The notes below the pieces were generated by a model, which was not told the DNA's origin, searched no databases, and was given only the letters and a program-made list of their open reading frames with translations. The position numbers were made by a program, and so were the translations under genes. A stretch of DNA of 64,000 nucleotides, taken from contig DF236994.1 of the NCBI GenBank assembly GCA_000708835.1, forward strand, positions 186,001 through 250,000, given 5' to 3'. Shown here one piece after another: positions 47,928-57,417 of this stretch (positions are counted from its first letter, which is position 1; every line of letters starts with the position of its first letter). This DNA comes from Klebsormidium nitens. Its lineage: Eukaryota > Plantae > Klebsormidiophyceae.

Positions 47928-50900
47928 ATGCTTTCAAAGTGCCTGAGCTCGGAGTTGCAGTGGCTATCGCGAAGGGCTGCTTGGAGGTCGTCCTGTTCTT
48001 TCGCTCAGTCCAGGCACAATGCGATACCTTCTGCAATGCCTGGATGCGGCTTTGGAGGGAACCCATTTTTAGATCTTGATGCTGTTTCCAAGAATCAGCG
48101 GGTGGTCAAAAAAGGTTCTGCAGCCAGCCAGCCAGACTCAATATTTAACAGCTCTCTGATCCATACTGCTAAGTATAGGCGCGGCGCCAAACTGGAGCAC
48201 AGGAGTTGTGCCACATCAGCCGCCTCCGTCCAAGAAAGTGCTGTACCACCGGAAGCTTTTTCAAAAGAAGAGTCAACTGTGGCTTCCGCAATTCCGTCAG
48301 GCGGTGTGAAAGGTGGCCCAGCATTTGATGGTAGAGGTGGTACAAAAGGTGGTAGAACATACTTCCCATATGGAAACCAATTTCGGATAGGAGAGCAGGT
48401 GGTGTCGCCCCGCCAGGTCATTGACATGCTTGGGGTCTTCATGGACGACAAGCGGAAGGAGAGGATGGCTCAGGTAGGGGCGTAAGGTTGAACTCACGGG
48501 TTGAGGTCTGAACATTTGAGCAGAAGTGCTGCGAGTTGAAGCTTTCTGATTCATGTGCTTCTCTTTGTGCGGACGGCGCCAGGTGGGTTCCATGAGAGCA
48601 CCATGGCTTCTTAGGTTGCTCTGTAGATCTGCTATACTGGACTGAGGAAATGACAATGTTAGCGGAGAAGAACTTCTATGTGGGGTCAGGCTTCTGATAA
48701 CCAACGCCCTCACTTGTGTGCACCACCCTTGCTTATTCAGAAGCCTCAGCCAACTTTTGCCGCAATAAACAAGGTATACTGTAATGGTATGATGTGAACT
48801 CCCTTCAAAAGTGTTCATGGCCTACCATATCTGGAGAAAGATTTCGATCGCAAGGTCTGGCTTGTCTTTCTCACAAGATGTCTTTCTTCAAAATTAAAAT
48901 GGCACCACAGTCATCCTCAATTGAAGGCCGGCCTTCGGAAGCTGACTTGACTGGAAGCTTAGAAACCAGGCTTGATCTTCGAGCCCCCAATGATCAATAG
49001 TAGTAGCACGGCTCTGAATAGGACGTTTTGCAGCCTTCGACAGTAGGTCGCTGATCCCAGTGTGTCTAGTCAACATCCAGAAGTTTGGGATTGTCCTTAC
49101 GGTAAGGCCTCTCAGTGTAATTTTGAACATGAAAGCCATAATGCTTGATGCGCTTGATGATACCAGCAACTTATTATTTCAATTGTTTCTGTTTAGGTTG
49201 TCGCCGGACGAACATATGGAATTGTGCCGGTTGTGGAGGGGTTGATAGACTTGGGGAACGTTGCGGCTGTGTGTCGGTCAGCAGAAGCTCTAGGCTGTCA
49301 GGTGAGATGACCGACGCTCCACTCTGCTTGCGTTTCGGTTCGGAGAGAGTTTAGGCACCCAACTTGTGTGCATCCCACACCATCGTTCTGATAGAACTCA
49401 AAGAGCTAGGCAGTCTGATCGCGGTGCCCATACAAAACCTTTGCTAGATGCCTACGAAAGTTATGTGGTCAAAAGCGATCCGGCTCATTGGTCAACTGAT
49501 TTTTAATCAGGCGCTCCAGAAATTCCTGTAAACCCCTTCGCAGAACGTCCATACAATGGATCAGCTTGTTTAGACGAACTCTCGAATTTTCGTGCAGGAA
49601 CAAAATGTCATACTCGTAATTAAGAGTAAGTCAGAACTTCGAAAATGGTCTCAACTCTCCTTTAAATCATCAACACGTTCCTGCCGCAGAATGTTCATTT
49701 GATAGAGCGGGGTGACAAGAAGTACCGGTCGAGTCAGCGGATCACGGCCGGCGCCGACAAGTGGCTCGACTTCGAAACCTGGGGAACAACCGAGCAATGC
49801 TTTGCCGCTCTTCGGGAGAGGGGCTACAGGATAGCTGTGACGTACTGCGACGGGGGGTCCGTTTCCACTCCGATTGAGGACATGGATTGGTCGATACCTA
49901 CGGCAGGTGAAGTGCATTCTGAGCTCGCTTGCGTTTTGATGACAAGCTCTATAACTAAAGACCGGAGTGCATATGCTGGTGTTTCGTGGTCCCTGCTCTT
50001 TGTTTAGACGAATACGTCTTAGGCGAACGTCGAACGGGCAAAGCTTCTGGTATCTGATTATTCAGAACCACGAAGCGTAAGGCCAGAAAGGTGGCAGTAA
50101 ATATGAAGAGCCTCCTTGTCCCGATTGTCAAAGCATTCTAATGATCGAGTTCTCAAGGTTCAGTGAGCAATTGACATAACCGCTTCCGTCCCTTAACCAG
50201 GAAACTGGTCCTCTGACACTGATCCTCCGTCCATCAGCTCAGGTTCCAGCCCCCGGATTCCAGCCCTCTAACCTAGAACTCAGTCCTTAAACCTAGGAAT
50301 CTAGCCTTCTAACCCAGTTCTAAATGCCTGCGCAATCGTTGCTGGGCAACGAGCACGCGGGGGGTGAGCCCCGAGACAACTGCGGGCGCGGACCTGCGGC
50401 GTTTTTTCATGAACAGTCTTGTTCGAGATTCTTCTTTCCGCTAACCCTACGTCTTCGATGCAATGACCCGCCTTCCAGCTTACTATCCCAAAATCTAACC
50501 CCTGCGCAGTTGTGTTGGGTAACGAGCACGCCGGGGTGAGCCCCGAGGCCATTGCGGGCGCCGACTGCGGTAGTCGGTCCCCATGAACTATCCTGTCGAC
50601 AGTTTTGGGTCCGCTAACCCTCCGTCTTCGAGTCATCAACCCAAAATTCAGCCCTCTAACCCAAAGATAAACCCCTGCGCAGTCGTGCTGGGTAATGAGC
50701 ACGCCGGGGTGAGCCCCGAGGCCATCGCGGGCGCCGACCTTCAGTGCTCGATCCCCATGGACGGGTTCGTCGACAGTTTCAACATCTCGGTTGCGGCCGC
50801 GATTATCATGCACTATGCGAAGCGGCAGCGGGTAAGCACTTTCTTCACTAACTCTCGTCTCGTACATACGCAGACTCAGCCATCATCGGGAATGTGTGCT

Positions 50901-51526
50901 TTTTCAATCGCGTCTAAATGAAGGGCCCCGGAGACTTGAAGCCCCTGCGATCGGATCGCAAGTGACCACTCAGGTTCTATTAATGATGAAACCGTTCGTC
51001 AGTGTGAGTGGGACGTCTCGCACTCCGCTCTGTTTGTGCGGCTGTTTCATCTCCGGGCGCCTGAGCGCGTCGAGGGGCGTCTTAGCGCAGTCGGGCCCAT
51101 CGCCTGTGCCACAGAATGGTCTTTTCTATGGGCCGTGTGATGTTGAAATTCTGGCATTGAATGCTTCATATTTCACACCCCGGCCTCCTGAGAGTCCATC
51201 CCTTGAAAACATTTCGCTGCAACTTGACAAGATTCCAACTTTCTCGTACGCTGACTAAGCAACGAACAAGGAAAGCCTCTCTGACGATTTGCGTTCATTC
51301 CCTTTTTCGAAGACTGCCCGACTCGTTGACAAACTTTTTGCTGCCTCTCTTGCAGGGCCGACGCGGCGACCTGACGCCCGAGCAGCAGGAGATTCTGACC
51401 GCCGAGTTTTACCTGCGCAACAACTCGACCACGGAGGACGTGCTTCAGCACCTGCTGTCCAAGAGCAGCGTCGTGCCGCAGGTGACGCCCGCTCTAGTTC
51501 CTGAGCACTGGTTTTATATGCTTTGA
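47928..51526 (+). CDS. trmH: SpoU/TrmH-family tRNA/rRNA 2'-O-methyltransferase with organellar-type N-terminal extension, ~395 aa, 5 exons
   Basis: Exons 47928-48473, 49197-49301, 49690-49906, 50683-50831, 51356-51526. SPOUT motifs GNVAAVCRSAEALG, VLGNEHAGVS, IPMDGFVDSFNISVAAAI. Confidence 0.92.
50325..50780 (+). repeat. Three tandem ~173-174-bp copies of the TrmH exon-4 acceptor plus exon start
   Basis: cctgcgca(g/a)|t..tg(c/t)tggg(t/c)aa(t/c)gagcacgc at 50335 (AG mutated to AA), 50509 (AG intact) and 50682 (real). Confidence 0.96.
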
Positions 51527-53332
51527 CTTCCACTCGTATTCCTGGACTGATGTGAACTTGCATGCTTCTCGCTCCGCCCTAGTTTCTGCGCCATCGTCGC
51601 TCCTATGCTTACGGATTGGATCTGGTTTTTGCCCGTCGTTTCCGTCACGTTTCCAACCTGCTTAAGGAGTCGTTCTTCTGCTACATGCTTGTTGCTTCCA
51701 AGGGGCCGTCCAACGTCGTTGCGTATTCTCGAAAAGCAAGCGTGATTCTGCACCACACTTGGTGCAACGAACAACACCGGAAGAGTGAACGTAACAGCTA
51801 AGCGCCTGTTCGGATTTGCAGGGCCTTCGATCGAAACTCTGAAAGAGCCGCGGCATGCAGCCGACAGCGATGCGTAAACCAAACTGTTGTATATGAATAC
51901 TTCCATGAGCGTCAAGGTTAGTGCTGGATACAGGAAGAGGCTTGAATTGCGAAATAGGGCGGGTACGGGTGCCGCAAAGGGAAGACCTGGATGCCTTGAG
52001 CACCTCCGTTGAAGCTTTCGCGGCTTGTTACAATCAGAAGCAATTGTGGTCGCTGCTTACATTGGCTTGATTCTATCGCGGGCATAAGCAGCTAGCTGAC
52101 CTAGCCGCCTTTCTCAACATTCGTTGGTGAAATCTGACCCTTACGTTTATATGTCCGTTCGCTCTGCTCATGCCACGAAAGAAATCCGAGATCCGAAGAT
52201 TCAAGATAGCAAGTGGAAGGCAATAGGTGATTGTCGTATGCGAAATGTGTTTGGTATGCAGACCTACCACAACGACAATTAACTGGCTCATGTCCGACAC
52301 GTCGGCATACCTTTGGACACTCTGTGTTTCGCCGGCCGGGCATTTCTCAAAATTACTGCGCTGCCGATCCTGTTCATCATGCCATTTCCAAACATGGTAT
52401 AATGCAGTCATGTCGCGGTCTGTCTTGTCACGGTGGCGCATGATTGAATGTTTATCGAGCGCTGAATGTTGCATGGCCGGCACAGAGTTTGCAGCAGCCT
52501 CTTCACGTCGGAGGCCCTGTTGGACTAGCCTGTTACTGGCAAGCTAGGGGCAATTCGAGTGCTGCCGATTGACGGTCCTGTCCACAAATTGCCGAAGTGA
52601 GTCCCACTTGTGGACTCAGAGCCTCAGCGGCCTGAGCCCTGCATCTGGCTCAGAGGCTGCCGGGCATGCCCTTAAAACCCAAGTGGGGCGGTTGATTTAC
52701 TTCGGCATGTTCATCATGCAACTATCAGGAGCGATATTTTTTGCGTGACCGTCACATGGCTGCTTGCAGCAACTGCACCATCCTAGAGTACAGAAAGCTA
52801 TAGTTGGGATTGACGCTTTCCATCCTCATGACATCCAGCCTGTATGCCGGGTTAACTCGAACGAATCTGAGATGAGCCGCTCCAGTCGGTTCATGCAACT
52901 TGTGCGTGGCCGCGGGACGAGGTCAGAGAGCAGGTTGATATCCATAAAAGTCTGGCATTGTCTCTGACGAAGCGTATAACATGGACGGGCCGGCTCCTTG
53001 AGCGGGTTCTCTTCGGCGCTGTCTGCGATGAACCTTTTGAATTGCTGGCCGGCCAAAGAAAAAGGTCATGATCACATCCGGGACTCGCATTTCAAGCAGC
53101 GCTTAGTACAGAGAACCGGATTTGACAGACGGTTTCACATGACCTAACAGCCGCGTGTGTTCTGGCATCCAGGAAACCCGAGCACTCTAAGCAAGGTCCC
53201 GCACCCAAAAGTCGAGGCGGTCGGCATCCGCATGCACCCTAACCCCCAAGCCAACCCCACCCGATCCCCGACTTCTTTGCCTATACATGCTTATGCTTTA
53301 CATGACACGTGTCAGGTTAGCGCCAGCTCAAG

Positions 53333-56165
53333 TCACGGATTGGCGCTCGATTCCTCCACAGTGAGGCCGCGCCGCAAACTGGCGGCCAGTCCCCCCACCG
53401 GGTCTGACGCGGTGGGTACCACGACGACCGGGACCGGGCTGTTGTGCACCACATGGTTGCTGACGCTGCCCAGGAAGAGTCTGAAAAGAAGGAAGGGAAA
53501 TGGAGCGTCAGATGGGTCCTCCCGGGATTGTTTGCTGACCTTAACGACAAAATAGAAGAGAAGCATCGATGTTCAAGACGAAAGTCGTTGGCCAATCGGA
53601 CGCAAAGTCACGGGTATCAGGAGGCGTATCAGACGGCCAAGATTTGGTGATTGCGAAAGACTTTTCTTGGGGTTTCTTGGGGTAGTGCTTTTCTTATCAG
53701 GGACGAAGACGAAGGCAGTGTTGCATCTCCAGTCACACGGAGTCTGATCAAAAGGGCGGCTGGCTGAAACGGGATAATTTGAAACCTGACTCGGGACCTC
53801 ATAAAGAGTAGTACCATCGGTTAGACGCAACGGACCTGTATGTGGACTCCAAGTGGGAAGATGCATGAAAACAGTTCTTTGAGTACAAATTCCTGCTGTG
53901 AACCTGGAAGTTAGCACGCTTAACCACTGCCGTCGACGTGGGTCAAGGCTTACTTCCTCTTGTAACAGCGGGATGAGGTTAATCCAATACTTCCGTTGTG
54001 ATTGGAGGATGACTCAATGAATCGAAAGTAACGGCTAGGGGTTACTTTCTGTCAGAAGTAGGTTCCAGCGATGTGAATTAAGGCTGACCACTCACCGCGA
54101 CATCGGGTTAAGGCCCCGGCTGCCCATAACCACCAAGTCCACCGGATGGCTGTTCAGGTGCTTGAGGAGCTCTGAGCGCGGGTCGCCTGCAACGACCGCG
54201 AAGGTGCACGGAACGGACTGCAACGGAAAACGGGAAGTCGATTCTTTTGGTTCTTAAGGCTGAAGGATTCTCATGATTGTATAGATAAATGGCGAGATTC
54301 ACCTTGATTGTTGACATCGTTTGGAATAGTCCCGCAGTCTTACTAGGAAAAGTAAGGAGTTGTCTGGCAAGACGGCAGCCATGCACTTCTGCCGTTGTTA
54401 AATGCTCCCAAAGATCAAAGCGGATGTACTCAAAAGAAGTGTTCGCGCGTGGTCTAATTCTCAAGCAACTACGTGTTCTTGATTCGTGTTAAACCCGAAG
54501 ATACGATATGAAATAAGGCACGAGAACAAGAACTGAGCCTTCGTGCGAGACTTTGACCGGCCAAAGATGAGTTAGTGAAATGTCTGAGAACCTTTTTTGG
54601 TTATTGTTCACGAGGAGAAGATTTCGATACTAGACATGACTGACGCCCCGAACGTTGCACGTCCACACCCCGCGATGTCCAGAAAAGGCTGCCGCCACAC
54701 CAGTGCTTTTTATCAGAACAGCCAACGAGCTGGTGACGCAAGCATGACGCCACGATCCGCAGCACGCGCGCGCGCTCACCCCGGACGTGCCGGCCAGTTT
54801 GTGCAACTCGTTGACGGCCTCGGTCAGCCGGCGGCCCTCCTGCTCCTGGAGGGTCCGCCGTGTGCCCTCGCTGACGGTGTCGAAGAAGCCCGGGGCTGCA
54901 CGGAGGGGACACGGATTCGACTGATCAAATTACTGTCTCCAAACTCAAATGTTGTGGGGCGTCCCTTTCTGATTCAAAGCAAAAGGAGCCAATGACCAAG
55001 ATGCTCGAGTTTGGAGCTGCCGGGTAACCCCCTGCCAGCGGAAACCTTCTACGACTATGATTGAGCTTCGGGAGATTGTCTTTGAGGCCGTGTTCATTCT
55101 TTCATCGCAGCATCTTACAGTATCAGACTCGGCCTTCAACAAACGAGCCTTTGAACTATAGATCTGCATGTACCAAACATTCCTTTCTTGGTCATTTTTG
55201 CAACCGCCTCTCTTGTTGATGAAGCGTCGCGAAATTGAGATGGCTCCTTTTGGTCATTGGAGAACTGGCCAGCGGTTCCATTTCCCACCAAACGAAAGAC
55301 AAACTCACACCGAGCTTTTCTCTAGCACCAACGAGAAGCCAATGAACCAGAAAAATGATACAAATCGTACAGCTTTCGTGTCTTGCAAACGAGCGACTCA
55401 ACGTCTACTGTTCTCCTTTTAGGGTTTCTTATAATCGAGCAAAACCCATTTAGGCCGACGAATGAACAGGGCTCGTGTTTCTGGATGAAGGGCCTCAAAG
55501 GTCTGCACTTCCCGTGTTTTGCGACAACCACCAGAAAAGTAGAGCGAAAAATGAACGGGGCTATGGCTCAATACAGCGACTCGAAAGTCTGCTGATCCTG
55601 CTCTACTGAAATCAACGAGCACAACCACATTGGGAAGAGTCAACAAGGTTTGTGTCTCAAATCCGAGCAGCTCAAAGGTCCGCTGATCCCGTTTTCTTCA
55701 AAGACCAAGGAGCAAAACCAAACGAGAGAGAGAAAACACCAAGGATATTCTCCCACGATAGAGCGAACTCAAAAGGTCTGCCTTGCGCGATGTGTTAAAA
55801 AACCGGCGAGCAGAAGCAAAGTTGAGAGGGGGTAAAACAGGCTCATGTCTCACGATATAGCACCTGAAAGGTCGTACTCTTCAATGTTCAACGAGCAGAA
55901 CCAAACTGAGGGTGGAGGAATCAGAAGCTCTCTTACGGTATAGCGACTCAAAGGCCTGGAACAGCACCAGGTCGTCGCCGCGCTCCCTGCTCGCAATCTT
56001 GTCCCGCGCAAACTCGAACGCGCTCCTGGCCCCGAGGGAACCATCGAACGCGCACAGAATGTGGCGCTCCGCGGGCTCGGCCTGCGGGGTTTCGGAGGGT
56101 TTGGGCGACGTCGGCGGCGCGGTCTCCGCGCCTAACTTGGGCTGGTCTTGCGCAGCGGGCTCCAT
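53333..56165 (-). CDS. Universal stress protein (UspA-like), ~204 aa, 4 exons
   Basis: Exons 56165-55937, 54895-54780, 54217-54096, 53480-53333. Motifs HILCAFDGS, GDPRSEL, DLVVMGSRG, LFLGSVSNHVVHNSPVPVVVV. Confidence 0.9.
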
Positions 56166-57417
56166 CTCTTTCCTTCTCAAACGAAGCTTGACTTTCTGTT
56201 GGGTGCCGCCCTCTCCCTTCACATCGACTCCTCCTCGACGATCGAAAGAGACAGCCTCCGGTGTGGTGACGAGCCAGGGCAATCTTGCGAAGACTGAGCC
56301 TTCTTCGGCCGCAAGAGCAAGCTCAAGCCAAGAGCTTTCTTGTACAAGCGTTTCTTTCGTTTGGAAACGAGGCCACCCGCAAGCTCATCAATGTGGATGA
56401 AGTCTGTGGACTGGGATGATTCGTCTGCAAATGAGTACGGGAGCTGCGCGGGCTTGCTGGTTGGGGGTCGGAGACTGCATGTCAAGCGGGGCGAATCGTG
56501 CATGCTAGCTGCTATCGTCAATGTGAAAATCGCCTACTGACGGTATCCGATTTGCCTAACGTTGACGGGGGGAGGCTGCGGTTGCCTTGATCAAAGTCGA
56601 TTGAGCGTGAGGAGAATCCGATCCGAGATAAGACTTTGGTCATGCGTACAACACCCTGACACTTCATACGAACACGAAAGAAGGCTGCCGTGGACCTCAG
56701 TACCGCTATACTCGACTCAGGTTCGCACTGCTCATCTTGATCATAATCGATCCCTGAAGCTGATCTCGAAGCCAGCCGATCGATCTCCAACCTCGCCGGC
56801 CGTCTTGCCGGGTTCCAGCAGACGTTCCAGTCAATGGTGACTTGATGCCTTGTCAGCGCGTCAGTGTGCGGCCCCTGAGCGAGCTGTGCGTCGTGTGATC
56901 AGTCTAATTCAATCAATCTCCGCATGTAATGACGTCCCGCGTATCAGAATCCCCCAATATGCAGCAACCACGGAAGTACAGGATTGGGACAAGTTGCAGC
57001 CGCGAGATAAATTCTACTGCAGGCGCTGCACAATACTTGCCGCCAGTTGAGGCCTGCGACCCAACCTCTAGACGTCAGCTACTGCCTCAACAAACTGATC
57101 CGTGAAGACTCCAAGACCATGCGATCCTTTCAACCCATCGCAAGCTTGGGGTCTGCAACACCATGCAGATTGGAATGCAATCCACATTGATAAGGTACCC
57201 GCAGAAGGGTACCAGACCCGCCCGTTGGGTATGAACGGCAACGGATTGCAATCACCCGTCATGCTTAAAATCTCCAACCGTTTGTTTGAAGTAATCGTGA
57301 CCTCCTTGACTGAGGTGACCACAATTCCTCGACCAAGACAACGATGAAAGTGGGTAGACGATACTAGCATCTCGAAGTGCGTGCATGGACTGACGTCACA
57401 GTGGGCACGACTACACG

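Noticed and set aside
47624-48079. 151-aa ORF overlapping the TrmH start
   Set aside because: Different frame from the TrmH exon, GTG start, no motif; likely 5' UTR or promoter.
52073-52547. Overlapping 70-136-aa ORFs on both strands between TrmH and USP
   Set aside because: No family resemblance and no convincing splice structure.
53885-53935. GGCAGTGGTTAAGCG (minus strand), reminiscent of a tRNA D-arm/A-box
   Set aside because: No B-box, T-arm or cloverleaf; it lies in a USP intron.
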